Of a DNA stretch of 51,055 nt, positions 42,804-51,055 are shown piece after piece. This stretch comes from a virus. Lineage: Duplodnaviria > Caudoviricetes. The stretch's first letter is position 1, and each line of letters begins with the position of its first letter. The DNA is taken from the IMG/VR virus record IMGVR_UViG_3300024249_000008, positions 1 to 51,055 of that record, one strand, 5' to 3'. The notes under the pieces were generated by a model. It was not told the origin of the DNA. It searched no databases and was given only the letters and a program-made list of their open reading frames with translations. Both the position numbers and the translations under genes were made by a program.

Positions 42804-43265
42804 CTAAGCTGCAATAGCTTTCCATTCACGTATACGTCTTTCCATCGTTACTAAATCCGACTTAGCTGCTTTAATCGTTCGCTCATATTCATATTTTTTA
42901 TTGTCATATGCGTTCTCATACGTGTACATTCGTACATAATATCTATCTTTGTTAAACATCTCCGGCTTTTCGTATACAACCTCTTTCCCAGGTTTCCAGG
43001 CAGAAAGACGCTCAAGAAAGGTTATTGTTTGGGGCGAATTTGCAAGAAATTCGGACTGCTCCTTTTCCTGAGTAGCGATGAAGTTTCTTACCATTTCCGT
43101 AACTTCGCGGAGACGATCACAAGATACCTCATAAGGTTCATATCTTGCACCTTCACATGATGCCGTTTGCCATCCTTCATATGGGCGCTTATAACCATGA
43201 TGGGCAATAAACCCGGTAGAGGCTTTGATCGCACGCCCGCAAACTTGACAAGTAGCTTTTTCCAT
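42804..43265 (-). CDS. hypothetical phage early protein
   Basis: CQVC...HHGY.RP...C; AAGGAG RBS; follows a strong promoter. Confidence 0.75.
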   Translation of the reverse strand: MEKATCQVCGRAIKASTGFIAHHGYKRPYEGWQTASCEGARYEPYEVSCDRLREVTEMVRNFIATQEKEQSEFLANSPQTITFLERLSAWKPGKEVVYEKPEMFNKDRYYVRMYTYENAYDNKKYEYERTIKAAKSDLVTMERRIREWKAIAA

Positions 43266-43296
43266 TTCTGTATCTCTCCTTGTTTGTATTTCGTAA

Positions 43297-43467
43297 TCTC
43301 TCATCTACAAACAATTATAATCCAGTGGATGTTAATTGTCAACACATAAACATCAATCTAGACATCAATTTCTCAGTTACACAATAATTCACAAAAATAA
43401 AGCACTGGCAGATCGATCATACCAGTGTTGTTGAGTGATTCTTATTGCTACGATGAAAAGTGGTTAT
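43297..43467 (-). repeat. terminator-promoter cassette, copy 1 (about 170 bp)
   Basis: Near-identical to 45045-45213; TTGACA-17-TATAAT (43342-43314). Confidence 0.9.
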
Positions 43468-43557
43468 TCCTCACTACAAAGAGCCACCTGTGTAGTTACT
43501 CAAAAGTGAAGTAACTACACAGGAAGTAGGGAACCATTCAGGCGACTCCGTTAGCAA

Positions 43558-43827
43558 TCATATTAGCTCAGTGAATGAAGCGTTCTGCTGTTCTTTGACT
43601 GGAATCAGATCAGATTTCAAACCAAATGACTTTTTAACCGCAAGCAACTTATCTATCGCATCTGTTATTTGTTGCTCTTGTCCCTCTGTGTGTGCAGTGC
43701 GTTTCATGAGCCACCAGGCCGTAAGAAGCGCAGACTCTACATCGTCTAGTTGTTGCTGGATAATCGTCAGATCTATAGTTGTTTTTGTAACTATCTTAAC
43801 ACTACAATCGTCTTTTTGCTCGCTCAT
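43558..43827 (-). CDS. hypothetical protein
   Basis: ORF with GGAG RBS in the minus-strand operon. Confidence 0.6.
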   Translation of the reverse strand: MSEQKDDCSVKIVTKTTIDLTIIQQQLDDVESALLTAWWLMKRTAHTEGQEQQITDAIDKLLAVKKSFGLKSDLIPVKEQQNASFTELI

Positions 43828-43830
43828 AAT

Positions 43831-44151
43831 TCACTCCATTGATTCGCTATTTTCCTCTATCCACTTTTCAAGATCAATCGGACGTAACGTTAACTCCATA
43901 TTTTCACAGACATCCGTTTCGCAGAGAAGCAACCCGTTTTCTAGCCTCCGTCCTGTCTGCGAGATCTCCAGATACATTTGAGGTTTTAGCCATGAACTAT
44001 CAGGCAAGTCAAAGGTTTTACATGCTCTCATCAATGTACCAAGTACGGTGTATTCTCCTTTTACCTCAATTTGCGCTCGTCTGCCTGACCGTTCAATAGT
44101 CGCATTTTGAATGGTAATCCAAATTGGATGATACTGACCGTCTAATTGCAT
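43831..44151 (-). CDS. hypothetical protein
   Basis: Operon position. Confidence 0.6.
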   Translation of the reverse strand: MQLDGQYHPIWITIQNATIERSGRRAQIEVKGEYTVLGTLMRACKTFDLPDSSWLKPQMYLEISQTGRRLENGLLLCETDVCENMELTLRPIDLEKWIEENSESME

Positions 44152-44169
44152 TACTTTAATTTCCTGATA

Positions 44170-44364
44170 TTAATTAATATTTAGGCGTTCTTTGAGCAAC
44201 CTTACAATACAATCTTTACGGGATTCACCCTTTTTCCTTTCAGCATCGAGAGCGTTTACAACGCTCTCAGGAATATTCAGGTGAGTATCAATAGTTGGCT
44301 CTTTTGCCTTACGTTGTTCTTCCGTCATAGGAGGACGCCCAACATTACGCTTCATCTGAGACAC
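44170..44364 (-). CDS. ribbon-helix-helix-like regulator
   Basis: GRPP arm, THLNIP strand, SRKDCIVRLL helix. Confidence 0.65.
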   Translation of the reverse strand: MSQMKRNVGRPPMTEEQRKAKEPTIDTHLNIPESVVNALDAERKKGESRKDCIVRLLKERLNIN

Positions 44365-44597
44365 TACAATACCTCTTTCTGCTCAGTATTCCGCCATCGA
44401 GCATGTACCATATCAGCTAATTGCTTTCGCCAGTTTCGCTCTGTGCCGAGATTCAAACACTCTCGGCAGTAGATATATTGTCCAGCAAATGTTGTTTTGA
44501 GAGGGATGCAGTCCTCGCATATAGATCGCCTACATAGAGCACAACAGTGTCGCATCTCAACTTTCATCTGATTACAAAATGCACATTGCCATTCCAT
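44364..44597 (-). CDS. Cys-rich Zn-finger protein
   Basis: Four CxxC pairs; AAGGAG RBS. Confidence 0.7.
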   Translation of the reverse strand: MEWQCAFCNQMKVEMRHCCALCRRSICEDCIPLKTTFAGQYIYCRECLNLGTERNWRKQLADMVHARWRNTEQKEVL

Positions 44598-44619
44598 GAT
44601 AAATCTCCTTTGGTAGAGG

Positions 44620-45030
44620 CTAGCCTTTGCTAGCCTCTAGTTCGGAACGCTGGAGGAGAAGTTTTTGACGGTCCTCCTCTGGGAAGTAAGGGTTATCGAT
44701 AAGCCTTGTTAATGAAGCAATTTTTTCACGTGTTGAGAGGTCTGTAAAACTGTAAACCCCAGGAGCCAGAGGTGACTGTTCCTCTTTTTGGGGTTGTGCC
44801 TCTACATACTCAATAGAGGCTTGCCCGTAGAAAAGGCGATCTGCCTTACGTTGGATGAATTTTTCTGCATTGCTGCGGTTGGCACGTGTTACCATTGTGC
44901 CAAGTTCGGTAAAAGACTCCCAAGTAGAGCCGTTTTTGAAGAGGGGGACGAATCGCCCACCACGATTTTTATAAACACGAAATTTTGTTGTGGTGTAAAG
45001 TTTAAATGCTGTCATTGTTTTGTTCTCCAT
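44620..45030 (-). CDS. hypothetical early protein
   Basis: First gene after promoter copy 2. Confidence 0.65.
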   Translation of the reverse strand: MENKTMTAFKLYTTTKFRVYKNRGGRFVPLFKNGSTWESFTELGTMVTRANRSNAEKFIQRKADRLFYGQASIEYVEAQPQKEEQSPLAPGVYSFTDLSTREKIASLTRLIDNPYFPEEDRQKLLLQRSELEASKG

Positions 45031-45044
45031 TTCTTTGTTTGTGT

Positions 45045-45213
45045 TCTCTCATCTACAAGTATTATAATGGATATCCAAATTAATGTCAACAGATAAACAT
45101 CAATCTAGACACCAATTTCTCAGCAACACAATAATTCGCAAAAAGAAAGCACTGGCAATCGATCATACCAGTGCTGTTAAGTGATTCTTGTTGCTACGAT
45201 GGAAAACGGTTAT
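45045..45213 (-). repeat. terminator-promoter cassette, copy 2
   Basis: TTGACA-17-TATAAT (45089-45061); GCACTGG/CCAGTGC hairpin. Confidence 0.9.
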
Positions 45214-45386
45214 CTGAACAAGGTGTTCTTTGTGATTTGCTCTGCCACCAAATCATGGCTAGGAACCTCGTAATATTCAGAAGCTTTCTGCAGAGCCTCC
45301 ATCATCGTATCGGCTTGCATATCTCCCAGATACTTACGTAGTTCATCAGTGTCAGCGTTTTCGTAGTAAATCTTGAATGTGTGCAT
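45210..45386 (-). CDS. 58-aa hypothetical protein (not in ORF track)
   Basis: AAGGGG RBS; MHTFKIYYENADTDELRKYLG... Confidence 0.6.
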   Translation of the reverse strand: MHTFKIYYENADTDELRKYLGDMQADTMMEALQKASEYYEVPSHDLVAEQITKNTLFR

Positions 45387-45537
45387 TGATTTCCCCTTTC
45401 ACTGTGTTATACATCGCTCATATGAGTTTTTCACATCGCTACGATTGGCAAGAGACGGCTTGTCTTTACTCTGCTGTGTCATTCACCCACTAGAACTTAC
45501 GAACCTCTCAGCCTCATTCTACGCGCAAATCGTTAAT

Positions 45538-46422
45538 TTACGCTCTCATTTCCTGTTCTACAAGAGACGCAGGTACAAAGAACAGCTTAAAAGCTCCAGG
45601 CACTTTCACAAATGGTAGTGGTTCTATGTTAGCCAATTGCAAACCGTATTGCCCCCATACCTTCCAATCGTCCTCTATACCCCCATGCCAATCCAGTACA
45701 CCAGTCAGATCACACTGTCCTACAATGCCCCCAGATGGATATTCCACCTTGAATTTCGGCATAATGTCATAGAGACGACGCGCTAGATCAGGACCAATGA
45801 GCCGTTCAAAGAGGTATCGTGAGTACTCTGATAACCTCTTGCCTTCAAAGAAATCAGTGTCATAGTTGCCGGATCTGAGTAATAGCTTTCCTTTGTACTC
45901 AGTTGTCCAGCTTCTATTCTCGACTAGCTTACGTGGTATATCGTTAGCTTCAAGCAGATTACCATTCATGATAACCCATGCCCACGGCTGCATAATGCTG
46001 ATACACGGCATCATACCTGCAGGAATATAGAAGCCAGGTTGTATCACCTCAACATCTGGCATGTACTTGAGTAGTTCATCAATCACTACTTTTCGATGAC
46101 ATGTCTCGTACAAAGGGCATGTACACAAGAGAATGAGCGTATAACCTCGTTTCAATCCATTTATCAGACGAGCTAAACCTACCTTCAGATCGTCTATCTC
46201 GATAGGTGTACCATGCGCAAAGTAGTTACGGTTGCCCAATGCCCTGATGTGAATATATTGCTTGTCGTATCGTCCTCGTAGGCTGTCGCCACTCCATTCG
46301 GGCTTCTTCTTGGAGACATTGCTATATCTGATGTCAACAAGCATTGTGCTCTCATCTTGTAGCAGGCTATCTAGATGCTCCATTGCACCCGGTACAGAGT
46401 AACCAAATGGTATCACCTTCAT
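45538..46422 (-). CDS. DUF488-like domain fused to an ASCH domain
   Basis: LVDIR...LGN...LLC...CHR (DUF488); ISIMQPWAW...KLVENRSW (ASCH). Confidence 0.78.
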   Translation of the reverse strand: MKVIPFGYSVPGAMEHLDSLLQDESTMLVDIRYSNVSKKKPEWSGDSLRGRYDKQYIHIRALGNRNYFAHGTPIEIDDLKVGLARLINGLKRGYTLILLCTCPLYETCHRKVVIDELLKYMPDVEVIQPGFYIPAGMMPCISIMQPWAWVIMNGNLLEANDIPRKLVENRSWTTEYKGKLLLRSGNYDTDFFEGKRLSEYSRYLFERLIGPDLARRLYDIMPKFKVEYPSGGIVGQCDLTGVLDWHGGIEDDWKVWGQYGLQLANIEPLPFVKVPGAFKLFFVPASLVEQEMRA

Positions 46423-46462
46423 CTCTCTTCCCTTTCCTGTGTAACTTTTAGCAACCTAGCAC

Positions 46463-46651
46463 TCATGCTGTCACCTTCCCTTTCTTTCTATTTTGCAACT
46501 CACGCTTTACCCTATCCGCCCACTCATCCATAGAAACTTTTTGAGCCTCATCATACATCGCCCCAAACACCCAATCACGGGCCTTCAATGATGAATGTAT
46601 TCGGGATAGTCGTACTACATCTAAGCTTGCCAACTTCTCAGTGATACTCAT
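46463..46651 (-). CDS. hypothetical protein
   Basis: GGGAG RBS before MSITEK. Confidence 0.6.
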   Translation of the reverse strand: MSITEKLASLDVVRLSRIHSSLKARDWVFGAMYDEAQKVSMDEWADRVKRELQNRKKGKVTA

Positions 46652-46706
46652 GTTCTCTTCTCCCTCGGAGCGGGGTAGTACCGAAGCACTACCCCGCAAA
46701 CTACAA

Positions 46707-47453
46707 CTACGATGCTTTACTTAATGGCTCTGCCTCATCAATTGCACCATCTAACTGTATGCGTTGATCAGGTGAGAGTAACGTGTTTTTATCAACAGAC
46801 ACTTTCAACTCTTTAGAAGCAAAAGCGAAGAATCCTTGTTGATCCAACCAAACGCCTTTTTGTTTGCCCTTATTGTAAATCTCTATGGCCTTTGGAGATG
46901 CATCCACCTGTATCCTTCCATCTCCGTATAAGCCGTTGCCAAACTGATCGCCAAACGTACGCAGAGCACGCTTTAGGGCATCGGTAACTGCTCCTTTCTC
47001 TGCCATCTCATGGGCATCTACGATGACAGCACGAGCATTCATCTTTTCCTGTTGAGTAAATTCAGAATCGTTAACAGGTTTGTTGTTGTATTTGGCATCG
47101 CTCAAGCGACGTTTCATGATCTGGTCTTCAACGTTCCACGAAGCTACAGGCTGAGAACCAACTTCAACGATAGGAGCAACACAGCCACGTACAATTAATT
47201 CAACTTGTGCTTTGTAGCTGATGCCGACAGCCTCACCAGTTATCGCATCACGCAGTACACATTGCTCGCAGGAGAGTGGACGATATGACCAATTTCCGTA
47301 TCCGAATATTCTATTGGCCTGGTCTATGGCGTCGTGACCCTCAATATATTTAAGATTGGTATTGCCCCCACCCTTGCGCGTGCTCACAAAACGAGGGTCT
47401 AGAGGTGCATCTAATAGTTTGATTGTCTTTTCATCGAATACTTGCTCTGTCAT
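46707..47453 (-). CDS. sak: Rad52/Rad22-family (Sak) single-strand annealing protein
   Basis: YIEGH..I..AN.IFGY.NWS; KGAVTDALKRALRTFG..FGN.LY. Confidence 0.9.
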   Translation of the reverse strand: MTEQVFDEKTIKLLDAPLDPRFVSTRKGGGNTNLKYIEGHDAIDQANRIFGYGNWSYRPLSCEQCVLRDAITGEAVGISYKAQVELIVRGCVAPIVEVGSQPVASWNVEDQIMKRRLSDAKYNNKPVNDSEFTQQEKMNARAVIVDAHEMAEKGAVTDALKRALRTFGDQFGNGLYGDGRIQVDASPKAIEIYNKGKQKGVWLDQQGFFAFASKELKVSVDKNTLLSPDQRIQLDGAIDEAEPLSKAS

Positions 47454-47471
47454 TGTCTTATTCCCTTTCAA

Positions 47472-47795
47472 CTAATCAGCACAATTCAAATTACGCTCTA
47501 CTGCCATCTTCTCCAGGTTGCTTAGCATCTCAGAATAGCGTGTGTGATACATCTGCTCATACGCACTTGTATACATCGCTTCTAGTACCTTCATGTCGTC
47601 AGTCAGGTTGTCCACTTCCTGACTCTCACAGAAGGCTCTAAACGCAGTTACAGCGTGATTGTGAACTTGTTCATCTGTCAGAACTATATCGCTAAACAAA
47701 TCACAGATTGCATTGCATCGGGCCATAGCTTTAGCAATACCACAGACAAGCGGGCGCGTGTGCCTAGCTTTAACCGGATATAAAGTCACTTCCAT
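47472..47795 (-). CDS. hypothetical protein
   Basis: GAGGAGG RBS. Confidence 0.6.
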   Translation of the reverse strand: MEVTLYPVKARHTRPLVCGIAKAMARCNAICDLFSDIVLTDEQVHNHAVTAFRAFCESQEVDNLTDDMKVLEAMYTSAYEQMYHTRYSEMLSNLEKMAVERNLNCAD

Positions 47796-47808
47796 CTTGC
47801 CACCTCCT

Positions 47809-47994
47809 CTACTTTTGCAGTAGCCACGTCCTAAGTGCATCAGCTCCGAGACATGTAGCACAAATCGCTATAATGCTAACCAGTCCTTCTACAATGGCTA
47901 TGTACCAAATGACATGAACCAGGATAAACATCAACGTGACACAGGCACCAAACACGACAAGAGAGCCAACAAACAGGGAAATCTTATTCATCAT
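47809..47994 (-). CDS. small two-TM membrane protein
   Basis: GGAGG RBS; hydrophobic sequence. Confidence 0.6.
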   Translation of the reverse strand: MMNKISLFVGSLVVFGACVTLMFILVHVIWYIAIVEGLVSIIAICATCLGADALRTWLLQK

Positions 47995-48039
47995 CCACCT
48001 CCCATGTGGGACAGCCGAAACCATCCCACTACACTATTA

Positions 48040-48396
48040 CTAAGCCATTACAATTTCATATGCAGCGACAAGTCTATGATGCATTTCTCCTGTATAAGTA
48101 CTTTGTAGTTGATAATAGGCTACGCTATAGAGCACGCCATCTTCATACTCTGGACGAAATTCTTTTCCAATGATCGTATAAACAGGCTTATCTGGCTCGT
48201 GGGCATAAGTTGGACGTACGCGTGCTCCTATCGGCTCAGGATCAAGAACAATAGCCTTTTGCTGTTCCATTGCTGTAGCTTTAGCTTCGATGCTCTGTAA
48301 CAACCTATCAATCTTTTTCATCTCTCTACCTCTCAGTTCTTCGAGAAGGGAGGATGTAGAAACCTCCCCATCTCCTATTCTCAACACATCATTCAC
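48040..48396 (-). CDS. hypothetical protein
   Basis: Operon position. Confidence 0.55.
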   Translation of the reverse strand: MNDVLRIGDGEVSTSSLLEELRGREMKKIDRLLQSIEAKATAMEQQKAIVLDPEPIGARVRPTYAHEPDKPVYTIIGKEFRPEYEDGVLYSVAYYQLQSTYTGEMHHRLVAAYEIVMA

Positions 48397-49154
48397 TATG
48401 CTGCAATCGCTTCTTGAGGTTGTAGCATTTGCTTGATAACCTCATTGCTTAGATGAAACTGTTTAGTGTAGGCTTGTTTTGCCTTCTCATCTCGTTTTTG
48501 TACGGATTTCCAGTACTCACGAGTACCATGTGCTTCATTAATGGGCAGTCTCATCACTTCCCTATATGCCTCATTGCACTTTACTAACTCACAAGCAATC
48601 GCATCCCGTACGGCTCCCTTCTCAGCATCAGAGAGGCTAGACTGCTGTAGCATTTGCTCAACACGTGTATTTGCTCTGTAGTCCTGCTCTGCTGTTGTGG
48701 CTACTTCCATGTGGCTACACGGTACTGCAGGATGATACACACGATGTAAGCAGGTAGCACCAACCTGATCGATGCAATTGGACGCTCTACCATTCACCAT
48801 CTGTACCGTGTGGTAGTGCTTCTTGCAGCTACCAAGAACGCTGTACTCTACTCTGTTGTTCTGACTAGCGATAACGTTTCTGACTGTCTGTGGCTTCTCT
48901 TCGCTGTCCTCTTTGGCGAAGATAGCAGCAATTTTCTGATAATAGTAATTGGTTGCCTGCATTGCATCACAACAACCCGGCTGAAACTCATGATTGTTGC
49001 AGATAATAGCGCGTGGTGGTTTCTGTGTCTCATCTATGACAACCATTGAGCCATCAGCGTAAAACGCACAGGCGTAACCGTTCTCGTTAAGATCAATGAT
49101 CATATCCTTGAGAAGCCCCTCGTATTTCTCGACTTGTTCCTTAGTGATACACAT
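48396..49154 (-). CDS. Cys/His-rich hypothetical protein (SWIM-like)
   Basis: C..C...CSH pattern; AAGGAG RBS. Confidence 0.65.
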   Translation of the reverse strand: MCITKEQVEKYEGLLKDMIIDLNENGYACAFYADGSMVVIDETQKPPRAIICNNHEFQPGCCDAMQATNYYYQKIAAIFAKEDSEEKPQTVRNVIASQNNRVEYSVLGSCKKHYHTVQMVNGRASNCIDQVGATCLHRVYHPAVPCSHMEVATTAEQDYRANTRVEQMLQQSSLSDAEKGAVRDAIACELVKCNEAYREVMRLPINEAHGTREYWKSVQKRDEKAKQAYTKQFHLSNEVIKQMLQPQEAIAA

Positions 49155-49250
49155 GGTAGAATCTCCTTACTAATTGCGCTTGCTCTCCGACTTGTTGACA
49201 CTGCGGAAGAGGCGCTTTTTTGTTGTCTCGTAAGTTTTCTTACACTTCTT

Positions 49251-49286
49251 ATTATAATCATGTGTCGCTACTTTGTCAATACTTTA
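49251..49286 (-). promoter_or_regulatory. leftward promoter/operator
   Basis: TTGACA-17-TATAAT; shares 25 bp with 49681-49705 in inverted orientation. Confidence 0.85.
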
Positions 49287-49387
49287 TACGCCAAACAATG
49301 GCAAGTTTACATCACATTGAAATATTTGCTATTACGTGTTACTATAGTATTGACATCGCAACTTAAAATACGCAAAAAGGAGGAAAA

Positions 49388-49678
49388 ATGCCTAGATTAT
49401 ACACAAAGAAACAAATCAATGAGGCACTAAAAGAGTTGCACATTAGACCGTTGGAAAACAGGGTAACTAGTAAAGAGGCTGCTAGTATACTCACGTGGAG
49501 AGCAAAACAGGAACACCAAGTAGACTACGAATACACTGATTCTACAGTTCGTAGACATGTTACACTTGGCAACCTAAGAGATATCAAACGTATAAGCACA
49601 CGGCAAAGTCTTTATAGTATAGACGAATTGTTAGATATACCACTAAAGCCACGACGTAAAAGATTAAATGGTGTCTAA
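49388..49678 (+). CDS. HTH (MerR/Xis-like) transcriptional regulator
   Basis: VTSKEAASIL...STVRRHV..G.L; AAGGAGG RBS. Confidence 0.7.
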   Translation: MPRLYTKKQINEALKELHIRPLENRVTSKEAASILTWRAKQEHQVDYEYTDSTVRRHVTLGNLRDIKRISTRQSLYSIDELLDIPLKPRRKRLNGV

Positions 49679-49680
49679 TT

Positions 49681-49716
49681 TAAAGTATTGACAAAGTAGC
49701 GACACTATGTTACTAT
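49681..49716 (+). promoter_or_regulatory. rightward promoter/operator
   Basis: TTGACA-17-TACTAT with TG extension. Confidence 0.8.
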
Positions 49717-49751
49717 CTTCTATAGAAATTTGTAACATGTGAGGTCACTAT

Positions 49752-50114
49752 ATGGCGTGGGGCAATTGCTATATCTACAAAATTGTCAACGTAGTAAACA
49801 CAAAAATATATGTTGGTAAGGCTGCAGATATAAGAATTCGTTGGCAACAACACCAAAGAGAAGCTAGAGCTAACAAAAAACGTCATCTTCCCTTATATCG
49901 GGATATGCATGACTACGGCATCGACAAGTTCTCTATTGAACAAATCGATGTGTGCGTTTATGACCATACCCATCTTGTTAAAGAGCTGTACTGGATAGAG
50001 TATTACGATTGTGCTTACCCTAATGGATACAACATAGAAGTTACAGGTAGGCGAAAAGCGTACAAACAATATCCCGAATATAGATGTCAAGATGAACAAT
50101 GGAACACTTTGTAG
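49752..50114 (+). CDS. GIY-YIG endonuclease (catalytic domain only)
   Basis: YIYKI...IYVGK...RW..H...E..WI...GYN. Confidence 0.88.
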   Translation: MAWGNCYIYKIVNVVNTKIYVGKAADIRIRWQQHQREARANKKRHLPLYRDMHDYGIDKFSIEQIDVCVYDHTHLVKELYWIEYYDCAYPNGYNIEVTGRRKAYKQYPEYRCQDEQWNTL

Positions 50115-50129
50115 AAGGGGAAAACAACC

Positions 50130-50498
50130 ATGAGCATACACGATATGGACAATCAATCATTCTGGACACCTGGAAGTATTGTCAAACTACAATCGCCATA
50201 CAAGCCTAGTGAGCCACCTAACGCGCTACTCAAGGCTATAGCGGGTGCGGGTTCAACGTATCATCAGATGATTGCATATGACAAGTGGCATGGCTTTACA
50301 CATGGCATCATTGCTCAAGTCTATGCTCACGATCATCAAGGTAAAGTAAGCCATTTCTCACTACACTTGTACGATCCTGATCTACACATGATTTACATTG
50401 ATAATGCAATAGGTATCCCTACGTACGTAGACTACCATGTAAGCGAGTTGACGCCGTATAAAAATGGTTCTCTCGTGGGCTATGAGGTAATACGGTAA
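50130..50498 (+). CDS. hypothetical protein
   Basis: RBS; operon position. Confidence 0.65.
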   Translation: MSIHDMDNQSFWTPGSIVKLQSPYKPSEPPNALLKAIAGAGSTYHQMIAYDKWHGFTHGIIAQVYAHDHQGKVSHFSLHLYDPDLHMIYIDNAIGIPTYVDYHVSELTPYKNGSLVGYEVIR

Positions 50499-50551
50499 GA
50501 CAATCGAGGATGAGGGCCAATCTCATCCTCACAAGTCGAAAGGGAATAACA

Positions 50552-50854
50552 ATGCAGCAAACGTTACCAGAACGCTTAACACTAGTTGAGGATGGTGAAT
50601 GGGCGATGCCCTATACAGGCATGACTACAATGAATGTCAATCATGATGATATGGAATGGACAAGTTACGGATGGAAGGCAGTTACCTACGATGGACATAT
50701 CCACTTCAGACACAAAGAGAAGTCTATTGTTGAGCAATGGCTAGTAGATCACAATTTCTATGATACAGGCGATGGAGCACATTACCAGCAACATGCATTT
50801 CCACTTGATGAAGTACCAGACACGCTATTGTTTAACTTCAAACAATTTGATTAA
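50552..50854 (+). CDS. hypothetical protein
   Basis: AAGGGA RBS; followed by a terminator. Confidence 0.65.
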   Translation: MQQTLPERLTLVEDGEWAMPYTGMTTMNVNHDDMEWTSYGWKAVTYDGHIHFRHKEKSIVEQWLVDHNFYDTGDGAHYQQHAFPLDEVPDTLLFNFKQFD

Positions 50855-50861
50855 CCCCTAT

Positions 50862-50891
50862 AGCCACTCTTAACCGGGTGGCTTCTTCTTG
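50862..50891 (+). terminator. intrinsic terminator
   Basis: AGCCACTC/GGGTGGCT followed by TCTTCTT. Confidence 0.6.
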
Positions 50892-50980
50892 TCCATCCCC
50901 ATTCAAGAATATGATTTTCCTCTTCGTGTAAGATGATATTAACACATCAACAGTTTTGAATCATTCGGGGAGGTTGGAAG

Positions 50981-51055
50981 ATGGATACCATACTTTGGCT
51001 TATCATCCTGCTATCACTCATTTCATTACCGTTACTCGTTGCCTCATTGCGACAT
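50981..51055 (+). CDS. 5' fragment of a membrane protein
   Basis: GGGAGG RBS; MDTILWLIILLSLISLPLLV; runs off the window end. Confidence 0.6.
   Translation, partial: MDTILWLIILLSLISLPLLVASLRH

Noticed and set aside
43487-43523. 14-bp hairpin, and a similar one at 46670-46697
   Set aside because: Most simply terminators or mRNA-stabilising stems between minus-strand genes; no further evidence of a distinct element
50981-51055. Circular junction joining the terminal TM ORF to the ATPase at the window start
   Set aside because: Direct joining gives a stop after 7 more codons and a different frame from the ATPase; no terminal overlap seen

Overview
Most of a tailed, siphovirus-type phage or phage-plasmid genome. 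The endolysin cell-wall-binding repeat suggests a Chloroflexota host (inference). From left to right: an FtsK/TraB-like ATPase with membrane proteins and a repeat locus; an HNH nuclease with a long helical repeat arm; the packaging and head module (TerS, TerL, portal, adenine methyltransferase, MuF-like protein, scaffold, major capsid); the neck and tail module with a -1 frameshifted chaperone, tape measure and a large modular adhesin/glycosidase set; a lysis and anti-defence region with several sRNA-like units; a minus-strand early region (DEDDh exonuclease, serine resolvase, DUF488-ASCH fusion, Rad52/Sak recombinase, duplicated promoter cassettes); and a regulator flanked by twin outward-facing promoters. 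The standout feature is a 391-aa intein in TerL (8106-9278) whose homing-endonuclease slot is not an in-frame domain. Instead it holds a complete HNH/Zn-finger endonuclease gene in a different reading frame (8411-9193), with its own near-consensus promoter and a hairpin that masks its start on the terminase mRNA, while the intein frame stays open throughout. No integrase, replicase, tRNA or CRISPR array was recognised. All family assignments are from motif recognition by eye, with no database searches.
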